DNA of 64,000 bases from Bacteroidales bacterium (GCA_018401015.1 JAGYLP010000005.1:30411-94410); one strand, 5' to 3'; counted from the first letter of the stretch, positions 21,925-31,796 are shown. Notes: generated by a model not told the origin, from the letters alone. Made by a program: numbers and translations.

Positions 21925-22731
21925 ATGCTATCAATCAAATCACTTTCGCCGCTCTTGTGGTTGACCCTTTTATTGGCAACCTTTTCGTGCAGCGAGTACC
22001 AGAAAGTACTCAAATCGTCGAATTATGACCTCAAACTTGAAAAGGCAAATGAGTATTTTGTCGAACAAGAGTATGCCAAAGCCATTGCACTCTACGATGA
22101 GCTTTTAACCATTTATAAAGGTACTGCCCAGTCGGAGGATATTTACTTCTCCTACTCCTATTGCCATTTCCACACGAAGGACTACCTCCTGGCAGGACAC
22201 TATTTCAGTTCCTTTGCCAACACCTTCCCGAATAGTCCAAAGGCCGAAGAGGCTGAATACATGGCGGCCTACTGTTACTACAAAGACTCTCCGCCCTCCA
22301 GTCTCGACCAAACCTTTACCATGAAAGCCATTACCGAGATGCAAGCCTTTATCAATCGGCACCCCGGAAGCGAGCGCGTGAAAGAAGCTAATGAAATTAT
22401 CGACCGCCTTCGGTCAAAATTAGAGGACAAATCCTTCCAATCGGCAAAACTCTATTACGATTTAGGCGATTACAAAGCCTCCATTGCTGCCTTGAAAAAT
22501 TCCCTGAACGAATATCCCGACTCCCGCCACCGCGAAGAAATTTCCTTTCTCATCCTAAAATCATCTTATTTGCTCGCAGCCAACAGCATCGAAGAAAAAA
22601 AATTAGAGCGATACAAAAATACTGAGAAAGAATATTATACCTTTGTTGCCGCTTTTCCGGATAGCTTCTATTTAAATGAAGCACAAAGCTTCAAACAACA
22701 AACAGAAGAATTCCTGACTAGCATTAAATAA
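21925..22731 (+). CDS. bamD: Outer membrane protein assembly lipoprotein BamD
   Basis: Lipobox FSC, EYQKVLKS, TPR repeats, SP..LDQ..T..AI; position upstream of rpoZ-coaBC. Confidence 0.92.
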   Translation: MLSIKSLSPLLWLTLLLATFSCSEYQKVLKSSNYDLKLEKANEYFVEQEYAKAIALYDELLTIYKGTAQSEDIYFSYSYCHFHTKDYLLAGHYFSSFANTFPNSPKAEEAEYMAAYCYYKDSPPSSLDQTFTMKAITEMQAFINRHPGSERVKEANEIIDRLRSKLEDKSFQSAKLYYDLGDYKASIAALKNSLNEYPDSRHREEISFLILKSSYLLAANSIEEKKLERYKNTEKEYYTFVAAFPDSFYLNEAQSFKQQTEEFLTSIK

Positions 22732-22768
22732 TTCTAAACCAATTTCTTATAAAGACCAAAGGATTTAT

Positions 22769-23101
22769 ATGATGGATTATAAAAAAACCACTGCTTCGCC
22801 AACCACTATTACCCGAAATGTGGAAGAACTAGAAGCCAAAACCGGCAATATCTACGAAACATTGGCCATTTTATCCAAACGTTCGAATCAAATTTCTTCT
22901 CAAATCAAAGAAGAACTGAGCAAGAAGCTGGAAGACTTCGCCACCTTCACCGATAACCTCGAAGAAGTATTCGAAAACCGGGAACAAATCGAAATCTCGA
23001 AATACTACGAGCGTCTGCCTAAAGGAACACTCATTGCCATCGAAGAAATCCTGAACGACGAAATTTATTTCAGGATAGCCGACGATACTCAAAACGCATA
23101 A
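22769..23101 (+). CDS. rpoZ: RNA polymerase omega subunit (Bacteroidota type)
   Basis: TGNIYE, DNLEEVFENREQIEISKYYERLPK. Confidence 0.92.
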   Translation: MMDYKKTTASPTTITRNVEELEAKTGNIYETLAILSKRSNQISSQIKEELSKKLEDFATFTDNLEEVFENREQIEISKYYERLPKGTLIAIEEILNDEIYFRIADDTQNA

Positions 23102-23163
23102 GCCCTCATTCAGGGTTGGGGTAAAACCGCAAACCTATTCACCTTTCCTTAAACTTTAAGCGA

Positions 23164-24381
23164 ATGGAACATAAGCTTCAGGGGAAAAAAATTATTCTGG
23201 GAATAACAGGAAGTATAGCTGCTTACAAAGCAGCTATTCTTTTAAGATTACTAGTGAAAGAAGGTGCCGAGGTACAAGTGCTCATTACCCCGGCCGGCAA
23301 AGAGTTTATTACTCCGGTTACACTATCGGCGCTTTCAGGGAAACCCGTTGAAAGTGAGTTTTTTGTAAACTCCAACGGAAGCTGGAACTCCCACGTCGAT
23401 CTGGGGATATGGGCCGACCTCATGATCATAGCTCCCTGTTCGGCTAATACCCTCGGCAAAATGGCCAACGCCATAGCCGATAATCTCTTAATCACTACCT
23501 ACCTGTCGGCAAAATGTCCGGTTTTTATCGCTCCGGCAATGGACCTCGATATGTACGCTCATCCGGCCAACCAACGCAACATCGACATTCTTCGTTCATA
23601 CGGAAATCGGATTATTGAACCCGCCTCGGGCGAACTGGCCAGCGGACTTTATGGTAAAGGTCGTATGGAAGAACCCGAAGTAATTCTGGCTAAAACGGTG
23701 GAATTTTTCGAAACGAAACAAGCTTATTCCGGAGTAAAAGCACTCATCACAGCCGGCCCCACCTACGAAGCAATCGACCCCGTCCGTTTTATTGGCAACT
23801 ATTCGTCGGGCAAAATGGGCTACGCTTTAGCGCACGAACTAGCCCTGCAAGGCGCAGAGGTGTATCTGGTTTCCGGTCCTAGCTCCCAAACCATAAACCA
23901 CCCAAATATTCGCCGAATCGATGTTACCTCGGCCGATGATATGTTTCGCGAAAGTGTGCAACTTTTCCCAAGCATGGACCTGTCCATCATGGCTGCTGCC
24001 GTTGCCGACTTCACTCCTGAAGTTCAACATAACCAGAAAATTAAGTCAGGCAACGACATCCTTACGCTAAAACTAAAACCTACACGCGACATAGCCGCAG
24101 AGCTGGGCCAATTAAAAAACAGCGAACAGTTCCTGGTTGGTTTTGCTTTAGAAACAGAAAATGAGCTTGAGAATGCTCAAAAAAAAATGGAGAAGAAAAA
24201 CCTGGATCTCATCGTTCTCAATTCACTCAATGTGCCCGGAGCAGGATTTAACACCGATACCAACCAGGTTAAAATAATCGATCGCAACAATAATGTTATA
24301 TCCTTTGAGTTAAAATCCAAGCAAGAAGTAGCCGCCGATATCCTTTCCCAGATTAGGAAATCAATGATACTTCCAACCTAG
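23164..24381 (+). CDS. coaBC: Bifunctional phosphopantothenoylcysteine decarboxylase/ligase
   Basis: GITGSIAAYK, APAMD, TAGPTYEAIDPVRFIGNYSSGKMG, AAAVADF, VGFALET. Confidence 0.97.
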   Translation: MEHKLQGKKIILGITGSIAAYKAAILLRLLVKEGAEVQVLITPAGKEFITPVTLSALSGKPVESEFFVNSNGSWNSHVDLGIWADLMIIAPCSANTLGKMANAIADNLLITTYLSAKCPVFIAPAMDLDMYAHPANQRNIDILRSYGNRIIEPASGELASGLYGKGRMEEPEVILAKTVEFFETKQAYSGVKALITAGPTYEAIDPVRFIGNYSSGKMGYALAHELALQGAEVYLVSGPSSQTINHPNIRRIDVTSADDMFRESVQLFPSMDLSIMAAAVADFTPEVQHNQKIKSGNDILTLKLKPTRDIAAELGQLKNSEQFLVGFALETENELENAQKKMEKKNLDLIVLNSLNVPGAGFNTDTNQVKIIDRNNNVISFELKSKQEVAADILSQIRKSMILPT

Positions 24382-24404
24382 TTTTCTACCTCAAACTATC
24401 CTGA

Positions 24405-25394
24405 ATGATATCCGTTACCATGCAGCAAGTACATAAATTCATTTTACTCCTCTCCTTGCTTCTAATCGCAGGCCAGTCGAAACTTTGGTCGCAGGAATTG
24501 GATTGTAAAGTGCAAGTAACTTCTCAGCAAATTCAAGGTACGAACAAGCAAATCTTCCGAACACTCCAAAGTGAACTCTTCGAATTCATCAATAATACCA
24601 AATGGACCAATCATGTGTTCGGTCCGGAAGAACGCATCGATTGCAACCTCATGATTACCATCACCGACGAAATTTCAGCCGACGAATTCAAAGGTCGAAT
24701 CTCCATTCAAGCTCGTCGTCCGGTTTATAATTCGAATTACAACTCCGTGCTTATCAACTATGTCGATAACGATTTCCACATTCGCTATGTCGAATTCGAC
24801 CCCTTGCTTTACAATGAATCGGGGAGTAACTCCAATTTAATTAGCACGGTTGTTTATTGGATTTACATCATTATCGGGCTCGATTACGACAGCTTCGGGC
24901 TTGAGTCGGGAACCGAGTTTTTTGAGATAGCCGAATCCATCGTGAACCGAAGTCAAAATGCACCGGAGCGCGGCTGGAAATCATTTGAATCACTCCGTAA
25001 TCGTTACTGGCTGGTCGAAAATCTCCTGAATAACCGCTACGAAGGAATCCGCCAATGCTATTACAATTACCATCGACTTGGCTTGGACATCATGAACAAC
25101 AAGGCAGCCGACGGTCGCATGCAAATTGCCGAAAGCTTAACCCTGCTCCAGCAAGTCCATCGGGATAAACCGGGTTCTTTTCTGATGCAGATTTTCTTCG
25201 ACGCTAAAAACGACGAGCTGGTCAATATCTTTTCGGAATCCTTTCCCGAAGAAAAAAATCGGGTCATCCAAATTCTAACTGAAGTAGATCCGTCGAATGC
25301 CTCCAAATACACCAAACTCAATGAGCAAAGTGGAGGAAGCTCTCCTGGCACCGGCACCTCCAGTCCTCGAACGCCCATGGGCGGAATGCGTTAA
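24405..25394 (+). CDS. DUF4835 family exported protein
   Basis: Signal peptide then QEL.C.V.V, F.NNT.WT, RPVYNS, GLDYDSF, YHRLGLD; position between coaBC and recN; start may be 24420. Confidence 0.8.
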   Translation: MISVTMQQVHKFILLLSLLLIAGQSKLWSQELDCKVQVTSQQIQGTNKQIFRTLQSELFEFINNTKWTNHVFGPEERIDCNLMITITDEISADEFKGRISIQARRPVYNSNYNSVLINYVDNDFHIRYVEFDPLLYNESGSNSNLISTVVYWIYIIIGLDYDSFGLESGTEFFEIAESIVNRSQNAPERGWKSFESLRNRYWLVENLLNNRYEGIRQCYYNYHRLGLDIMNNKAADGRMQIAESLTLLQQVHRDKPGSFLMQIFFDAKNDELVNIFSESFPEEKNRVIQILTEVDPSNASKYTKLNEQSGGSSPGTGTSSPRTPMGGMR

Positions 25395-25405
25395 TACCTC
25401 TAGCT

Positions 25406-27097
25406 ATGCTTCGTTCACTCCTTATTCAGGATTTCATACTCATCGACTACCTGGAGATTGATTTTCGTACCGGGTTGAACATAATTACCGGCGAAACAGG
25501 AGCCGGCAAATCGATTATTCTTGGAGCGCTGGGTCTTCTGCAGGGGAATAGAGCCGATACCGAAAGCTTAGGCGATAAGAACAAAAAATGCATCATCGAA
25601 GCACGATTCAACCTTAACCAAGGCCATTTGAAATCGCTATTCGAAAAACTGGAACTCGATTACGACACCGATTGCATCCTTCGTCGCGAAATTAGCCCCC
25701 AAGGCAGGTCGCGCGCCTTTGTTAACGACACCCCGGTAAACCTGCAAATCCTGAAAACCGTTGCCGGCGAACTCTTCGATATTCATTCCCAACACCAAAG
25801 CCTACTGCTGGCCAATCCGGATTTTCGAATGCAACTCATCGATACGAAAGCGGGAATCAAATCGCTCGCTCAAGAGTATCAGAAAAACTATCAGTCTTAT
25901 TTGGAAGGATTGGCAGTGCTCAGACAGCAAGTAAGCCGAATCGAACAGGCTAAAATGGAAGAGGATTATTGGCATTTTCAACTCGAACAATTAGCCGACT
26001 TACCCTTCCGCGACGCAAACGAACACCTTCAAACCGAAGAGGAATTCGAAGAATTAAGTCATGCCGAAGAAATTCAACGGTCGTTGAGCGAATGCATCGA
26101 ACTCATCGACAGTAGCGAGATGAGTATTTTATCCAGTTTGCATCTGGTAAAAAACGCCCTCGACCAGGCAAGCCGGTACTCACCGCGAGCCAGAGAACTG
26201 AGCAGCCGAATCGAGCAGGTTCGCATCGAACTCAAGGACCTTGTACAGGAAGCTATCCATGTTTCGGAAAGCACCCATTTTCAACCCGACACGCTCGAAA
26301 GCCTCCGACAAAAGCTCGATATCTTGAATACGCAACTACTCAAACATCGGGTAAACAGTCTGGAAGAACTCCTCGATTTACAGAAGGAAATGCAGGGAAA
26401 GCTGGGAAATATCAGCTCGCTCGAAGAAGAAGCTGCTGCAATGAAAAAAAACCTCGACCAACTCAAAGCGAACCTGGTAGAACAAGCCACCCACCTTCAT
26501 TCGAAACGAGAGGAAGTTCTGCCTCAAATAGACACGTATGTTAGCTCCAACCTCCGTAATCTAGGGATAAAACAAGCTCATTTCGAGATTCAACTCGATC
26601 AAGCCTCCGATCTTTCCACGCACGGATTCGATTCTTCGCAATTTCTTTTTACAGCCAATAAACAACAAAAAGCTCGTGAGGTAAGTAAAGTAGCCAGCGG
26701 CGGAGAGCTTTCGAGAATCATGCTCTGCCTCAAATCCTTACACGCTGAGGCGGGCAACTACCCTACCCTCATCTTCGACGAAATCGATACCGGCGTAAGC
26801 GGCGAAATAGCCCATAAAGTGGGTGGAATTGTGCGGCAAATAGCTATCGATACACAAGTTATAAATATCACCCACCTTCCGCAGGTTGCAGCACATGGCG
26901 ATAGCCATTACCTGGTTTTTAAAGACGAAGCCACCAATACCACCGGCATCAAAGAACTAAACAAGGATGAACGGAAACTGGAAATTGCTAAAATGCTCAG
27001 TGGCGCTCAAGTGGACGATACCGCACTGGAACATGCAGCAAAACTGCTTCAAGAAAGTAAGTTTCAGCACTCCACCTCTAATAAGTCTCAAGCTTAA
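25406..27097 (+). CDS. recN: DNA repair protein RecN
   Basis: TGETGAGKS, SRAFVND, ASGGELSR, FDEIDTGVSG, ITHLPQVAA. Confidence 0.97.
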   Translation: MLRSLLIQDFILIDYLEIDFRTGLNIITGETGAGKSIILGALGLLQGNRADTESLGDKNKKCIIEARFNLNQGHLKSLFEKLELDYDTDCILRREISPQGRSRAFVNDTPVNLQILKTVAGELFDIHSQHQSLLLANPDFRMQLIDTKAGIKSLAQEYQKNYQSYLEGLAVLRQQVSRIEQAKMEEDYWHFQLEQLADLPFRDANEHLQTEEEFEELSHAEEIQRSLSECIELIDSSEMSILSSLHLVKNALDQASRYSPRARELSSRIEQVRIELKDLVQEAIHVSESTHFQPDTLESLRQKLDILNTQLLKHRVNSLEELLDLQKEMQGKLGNISSLEEEAAAMKKNLDQLKANLVEQATHLHSKREEVLPQIDTYVSSNLRNLGIKQAHFEIQLDQASDLSTHGFDSSQFLFTANKQQKAREVSKVASGGELSRIMLCLKSLHAEAGNYPTLIFDEIDTGVSGEIAHKVGGIVRQIAIDTQVINITHLPQVAAHGDSHYLVFKDEATNTTGIKELNKDERKLEIAKMLSGAQVDDTALEHAAKLLQESKFQHSTSNKSQA

Positions 27098-27108
27098 GCT
27101 ACACCTTC

Positions 27109-27870
27109 ATGATCCGTTTCGGTTTAATCGGGAAATCGCTGCAACATTCATTCTCGAAGCAGTACTTCACAAAAAAATGGGCTGAACTCGGTCTTAGCGA
27201 AACGTATCGCTACGATAATTTCGAGCTCCAACGCCTCGATGAGCTGGATGCGCTTATCCGCAAGCATGAAAACCTTCGAGGATTTAACGTTACCATTCCC
27301 TATAAATCGGAAATCCTTGCATACTGCAGTGATTGGTCGCCGGAAGTGGAAGCGATTGGAGCTTGCAACACCATCCTTATTCAACGAACCGGAAAGGATT
27401 ATCGACTGAAAGCCTTTAATACTGATGTTATTGGCTTCGATTCCTATTTCGACTACCTGCCGTTGTCGATTTCTAAAGCCATCATTTTCGGAAGCGGCGG
27501 TGCAAGCAAAGCAGTGCAGTGGGTACTCAAGCAACGGCACATATCCTTTCGGGTTGTTAGCCGCCTAAAGCTGAGTGAAACCACCCTCACTTATCAGGAA
27601 TTAACAAACAAGCATTTCCGTGAATATCCGCTTCTCATCCAAACCACTCCGCTTGGAATGTTCCCGAAGTTAGACGAAACACTGCCAATTCCTTACGATG
27701 AACTTGACGAAAATAACATCCTAATCGACTTGATTTACAACCCGGCAGAAACTCTCTTCCTTGCAGAAGGTCGCGAACGTGGAGCAAAAACCTGGAACGG
27801 AGAATTAATGTTGATTAACCAGGCTGAGGCAGCTTGGTCCATCTTTCATCAAGCAGATTCCAATTCCTGA
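27109..27870 (+). CDS. aroE: Shikimate dehydrogenase
   Basis: HSFS, NVTIPYK, GACNT, NTD, GSGGA, DLIYNP, QA. Confidence 0.92.
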   Translation: MIRFGLIGKSLQHSFSKQYFTKKWAELGLSETYRYDNFELQRLDELDALIRKHENLRGFNVTIPYKSEILAYCSDWSPEVEAIGACNTILIQRTGKDYRLKAFNTDVIGFDSYFDYLPLSISKAIIFGSGGASKAVQWVLKQRHISFRVVSRLKLSETTLTYQELTNKHFREYPLLIQTTPLGMFPKLDETLPIPYDELDENNILIDLIYNPAETLFLAEGRERGAKTWNGELMLINQAEAAWSIFHQADSNS

Positions 27871-28595
27871 CCACCACTCACATCCAACAATAAATCCCGA
27901 ATCACTACCGAGGTCATGTACATGCCAAACAATCCAGGCATATACGAAATGGTTCCAACATTCGATTTTTTATTTGTTTCGTTTGGGGTGAGGATTACCT
28001 TGCTCTTATCGATTTCCTCGGCCGAAAAAACCACCTTAACACCTTTATAAACACCTAGCTTATGCAAACGCTTCCGAAGCATCCGAGCCAACGGATCGTT
28101 GTACGATTTGGAAATGTCTTTGATTCGGATTTGTTCCGGATCGAACTTCCCACCGGCCCCCATCGAGGAAACAATCCGATGTTTTCGTTTGAGACTATGA
28201 TAAATCAGAAAGATTTTAGGAGCAAGCGTATCAATCGCATCCACCACATAATCGAAGGGAAAATCTAAAATATCCTCCATGCGGTCGTCCTTAATGTACT
28301 CGGGAATTACTATCAGGGCAAGATCCGGGTTAATATCCAGTAATCGCTTTGCCATTACTTCCGCTTTCATTTCGCCCTGAGTTGAAACTAAAGCAGCCAG
28401 CTGGCGGTTCCGATTACTTTCCTGCACCCGATCGCCATCTACAATCGTTAGTTTTCCGATACCTGCCCTTACTAACATTTCAGCCGCAAAGGCACCTACC
28501 CCACCTAGACCTACAACCAACACATGAGCATCTGCCAAACGTCGCAACTCATCATCGCTCAACAGCATAGCCGTACGACTCAACCATTCATTCAT
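27849..28595 (-). CDS. tcdA: tRNA threonylcarbamoyladenosine dehydratase (ThiF/E1-like)
   Basis: GLGGVG, SNRNRQ, VVDAID, SSMGAGGK.DP, DPLAR..RKRL, GTISYMP. Confidence 0.9.
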   Translation of the reverse strand: MNEWLSRTAMLLSDDELRRLADAHVLVVGLGGVGAFAAEMLVRAGIGKLTIVDGDRVQESNRNRQLAALVSTQGEMKAEVMAKRLLDINPDLALIVIPEYIKDDRMEDILDFPFDYVVDAIDTLAPKIFLIYHSLKRKHRIVSSMGAGGKFDPEQIRIKDISKSYNDPLARMLRKRLHKLGVYKGVKVVFSAEEIDKSKVILTPNETNKKSNVGTISYMPGLFGMYMTSVVIRDLLLDVSGGQELESA

Positions 28596-28598
28596 GCT

Positions 28599-29255
28599 TT
28601 ATTTCTGCTTAAATACGATTTGAAAATTTGTAAAAAGCTGCGCTTTCAAGGACGGTAAAGATAATTTCAATTGCCTACTCACCTGCTCATAATGCTCCTG
28701 AATACTTTGCTCAAAATCGTCGGTTTCGAGTAAAAGCCTATTCATAGGAATGTTGGGTAAAAAGGAGGATTTATGAAGATGCCTCGGACTAATCGAAAAC
28801 CAACAGCCCAAAGCAGCTAATTGCGCGGTTTGAAAAGCATTTCCGAAATAATCGTGCAGGATCCATCCTTGCGACGGACGCAGGGATTTTCGGAAAGCAG
28901 CAATATCGCTATAGGATTTAACACTGTGTATGATAAGTGGTAAGGCAAAAGTTTCGGACTGCTTTTGATGCGCTAAAAAAACCTGTTTCTGAAGATCAAA
29001 ATCAGTCGTAATGGTCCGATCCAATCCACACTCTCCTATAGCAGAAAGTTTTCCCGTTTGGGCTAAGTCGATAATCGATAACAAGGATTCGTCCCAGTTT
29101 TCAGGGATATACCAAGGATGAATGCCTGTCGATAAAAATCCGTGCGTGAACTCAGGCAACTCCTGCCCTACAATCCAATTATATACGGCCCACGTTTCAC
29201 TCGAAGGAATACGATGCGTATGTACGTCGATATAGGGAACTTCCTCCACATCCAT
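28599..29255 (-). CDS. TatD family hydrolase
   Basis: DVHTH, GIHPW, IGECGLD, IIHSVK, LLETD. Confidence 0.9.
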   Translation of the reverse strand: MDVEEVPYIDVHTHRIPSSETWAVYNWIVGQELPEFTHGFLSTGIHPWYIPENWDESLLSIIDLAQTGKLSAIGECGLDRTITTDFDLQKQVFLAHQKQSETFALPLIIHSVKSYSDIAAFRKSLRPSQGWILHDYFGNAFQTAQLAALGCWFSISPRHLHKSSFLPNIPMNRLLLETDDFEQSIQEHYEQVSRQLKLSLPSLKAQLFTNFQIVFKQK

Positions 29256-30472
29256 TAGGGGTATAGATAATACGATTTACTAAGTGATTCAAATTCGTTT
29301 AAGCCAGACCGCCAACTGTCGCGAATCGCTTTAACCGATAAACCGGCTTCCATTTGCAGGCGAAGCTCGCTCCCACCGGCAAGCACATCGAAGAAAGGAA
29401 TAAAAAAATCGGAATCGTTTTTAAAATACTGATAAGCATCGAGCAAATAGCTCATATTCAATTGCCTACTCATATACACCCGTTCACCTTCGCCCTGCAA
29501 GGATTTTCCTCGACAAAGCTTGTCCTGATGCTTCGGATTAAGCGCAAAGCCCGGAATACTTTGTGGGGTAAACTCAAAAGGTCCTTCAAATTCCGGATGT
29601 CCGAATACCTCAAAAGGATGATCGGTTCCCCTGCCGATGCTCATTTTCGTTCCCTCAAACAAGCATAAACTGGCGTACAAATAAATTGCATTTTGATTAG
29701 CCAAATTAGGCGAAGGAGCTACAGGCAATTCATACGGTTTATTCGGAAGATACTGTTCGCATGCAATAACAGTGAGGTCAGGCAGGCCAGTGGTGTTGAG
29801 CCAGGCCTCACCCACAAGCATTTGAGCATATTCGCCAATGGTGAGACCATGCAGAATGGGAACCGGATGCATACAAACAAATGAGGGTTTCTTCAAATCC
29901 GGGATGTTTCCATCCACGATTCGTCCGTTTGGATTAGGACGATCGAGCACCATCACCGGTATGCCTGCATCGGAGCAAGCTTCCAGCAAATAATGCAAAG
30001 TGCTGGTGTAGGTATAAAAACGAACGCCGACATCCTGCAAATCAAATAGCATGATATCAATGCCTTCGAGCTGCTCAGGCTTCGGCTTACGATTACTTCC
30101 ATAAAGGGAGACGATAGGCAGGCCTGTTCGCTGATCCGTTTGATGATCGACCTTCTCTCCGGCTTCTGCCTGACCGCGAAAGCCATGTTCCGGACTATAA
30201 ATCCTCACCAGCTCAACCCCAACTGCCATCAAGGTATCGACTAAATGAACCTCGCCAACCATTCCGGTTTGATTCGTCAGAACGCCTACTTTCTTCCCTT
30301 CGAGCAAAGGCAAATAAACCTCCATGCGTTCCGCTCCGGTTCGAAATCCGGCCTCGGGAGTATTTTCAACGTAGGTTATTTCAGCTTTAAGATCCTGCTT
30401 AATAAGCCGATTATCAGCCTGCGAAAAGAAGCTTGCCCAAAGCGTTAGACTTAGCCAAAAAATGTATTTCAT
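29255..30472 (-). CDS. DUF1343 / exo-beta-N-acetylmuramidase NamZ family protein
   Basis: Signal peptide, TNQTG, SPEHGFRG, DLQDVGVRFYTY, DRPNP, PSPNL, SIGRGT. Confidence 0.92.
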   Translation of the reverse strand: MKYIFWLSLTLWASFFSQADNRLIKQDLKAEITYVENTPEAGFRTGAERMEVYLPLLEGKKVGVLTNQTGMVGEVHLVDTLMAVGVELVRIYSPEHGFRGQAEAGEKVDHQTDQRTGLPIVSLYGSNRKPKPEQLEGIDIMLFDLQDVGVRFYTYTSTLHYLLEACSDAGIPVMVLDRPNPNGRIVDGNIPDLKKPSFVCMHPVPILHGLTIGEYAQMLVGEAWLNTTGLPDLTVIACEQYLPNKPYELPVAPSPNLANQNAIYLYASLCLFEGTKMSIGRGTDHPFEVFGHPEFEGPFEFTPQSIPGFALNPKHQDKLCRGKSLQGEGERVYMSRQLNMSYLLDAYQYFKNDSDFFIPFFDVLAGGSELRLQMEAGLSVKAIRDSWRSGLNEFESLSKSYYLYP

Positions 30473-30516
30473 CAATCAATTCGTTTTAGTTTTCAGCAAT
30501 AATCACTTTTAACACA

Positions 30517-30524
30517 CAAAAGTA
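30517..30524 (-). promoter_or_regulatory. -7 promoter element (TACTTTTG) for the namZ-tatD-tcdA operon
   Basis: Exact TAnnTTTG on the minus strand 44 nt upstream of the ATG. Confidence 0.6.
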
Positions 30525-30564
30525 TTTACTTCAAATACAGCTCATTACACCTTTACCATCGTAA

Positions 30565-30683
30565 CTCTCTATCGCTATTCACCTCGAGAGGAAGGGTGAA
30601 TCCTGCCGGGTTTTTCGGTTGGAAGGCTGATAAGATTCGGGTTTCAACAACGACTTACGCTCCTAGTCGCAACCCATTTTTAC
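30565..30683 (-). ncRNA. Candidate structured non-coding RNA (family not recognised)
   Basis: GC-richer island in an AT-rich spacer with stems GGGUU/AACCC, CGACU/AGUCG, GAAUCUU/AGGAUUC and AUUCACC/GGUGAAU; TATCTTTA promoter-like element at 30689-30696 (minus strand). Confidence 0.35.
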
Positions 30684-30742
30684 GAGCCTAAAGATAATGG
30701 CTACATACTTATACAACATCTTTTTCGTAAGAAAAGGATCAT

Positions 30743-30766
30743 TATATTTGGTACTGAAATACCCAA
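30743..30766 (+). promoter_or_regulatory. -7 promoter (TATATTTG, 30743-30750) overlapped by palindromic operator TTTGGTA-CTGAAA-TACCCAA (30747-30766)
   Basis: 16/20 identical to the site at 45200-45219. Confidence 0.65.
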
Positions 30767-30816
30767 TAAAGAAATCGATTAATCTCAGCGAATCTGCATA
30801 GCAACAAACATCTCAT

Positions 30817-30857
30817 TCGGGTAAATATCGACCGATTTTAAGTACATCATTTCCTAA
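30817..30857. promoter_or_regulatory. Two further tandem operator-like palindromes
   Basis: TCGGGTA-AATATC-GACCGAT (30817-30836, weak) and TTAAGTA-CATCAT-TTCCTAA (30838-30857; reverse complement TTAGGAA-N6-TACTTAA). Confidence 0.5.
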
Positions 30858-30875
30858 TTAAACGAATAATTCAAC

Positions 30876-31796
30876 ATGGCAATAAGAGAAATTGTAAGTA
30901 TAGACCGAGAGTTATGCAATGGGTGCGAAGAATGCATTCCGAACTGCCACGAAGGAGCGCTACAAATGATCGATGGAAAAGCGACACTGGTGAGTGAATT
31001 ACTTTGCGACGGGTTGGGCGCCTGTATTGGACATTGTCCGGTAGGAGCGATTACCATCGAGCTAAGGGAAGCAGCTCCCTATAGCGAAACGCTCGCCATT
31101 CAGTCGATGATTCCCATGGGTCGAAACGTCATCAAGGCCCATCTAACTCATTTGCTTGAACATAAGCAACAAGTATATTTTGACGAAGGAAAAAATTATT
31201 TGCTGCAACAGGCTGCAGAAATCCCCTGGGATGTAAAAGCTCTGCTTTCCGAGGTACAGGTATTAGCGCATCCACTTTTAGGTGCACGCAAACCTGTGCT
31301 GAATAAAAAGCCTACCATATTGAATCAATCGCAAGGAGGAGGATGTATGAGTAAACAATCCTTTCAGTTCGAAGCTCCGGCGAGAAAGCAGGAACAAAAT
31401 ATAGAGCAAGCTTCCGAGCTTCGGCAGTGGCCCGTTCAAATGCATTTAATCAATCCGAGCGCAGCCTATTTTAAGCATTCCGACCTATTACTAGCCGCCG
31501 ACTGTGTGGGGTATGCTCTCGGCAACTTCCACTCTACCTGGCTCAAAGACAAAAGCTTATGCATTGCTTGCCCAAAGCTTGATTCGAACACCGGTAGCTA
31601 TATCGATAAACTAACTCAACTAATCGATCATGCCGAAATAGCCAGTTTAACCCTGATGGTGATGGAAGTTCCCTGTTGCAGTGGCTTAGCAAAGATGGTT
31701 GAAGTGGCCCTTGCACAAAGCAAACGCGAAATACCCTGGAAGGTTGCTATGGTTGGAATTAAAGGAGAAATTTTGTCGGTTACTCAACAAAACTAG
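30876..31796 (+). CDS. 4Fe-4S dicluster ferredoxin-domain protein with Cys-rich C-terminal domain
   Basis: CNGCEECIPNCHEG, CDGLGACIGHCP, GGGC, SELRQWPVQ, AADC, IACPKLD, MEVPCCSGL. Confidence 0.88.
   Translation: MAIREIVSIDRELCNGCEECIPNCHEGALQMIDGKATLVSELLCDGLGACIGHCPVGAITIELREAAPYSETLAIQSMIPMGRNVIKAHLTHLLEHKQQVYFDEGKNYLLQQAAEIPWDVKALLSEVQVLAHPLLGARKPVLNKKPTILNQSQGGGCMSKQSFQFEAPARKQEQNIEQASELRQWPVQMHLINPSAAYFKHSDLLLAADCVGYALGNFHSTWLKDKSLCIACPKLDSNTGSYIDKLTQLIDHAEIASLTLMVMEVPCCSGLAKMVEVALAQSKREIPWKVAMVGIKGEILSVTQQN

Noticed and set aside
27849-29255. ThiF + TatD as an anti-phage system
   Set aside because: The ThiF protein has TcdA-specific motifs, tatD-tcdA is a common housekeeping pair, and no E2, JAB, cyclase or QueC-like partner is present.
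30565-30683. c-di-AMP or SAM-I riboswitch, SRP RNA or tRNA-Sec
   Set aside because: Only isolated words match (CCCGAA, UCAGC, AACCCGGCA, CUUAUC); the required core elements are absent. Kept as an unassigned candidate RNA.
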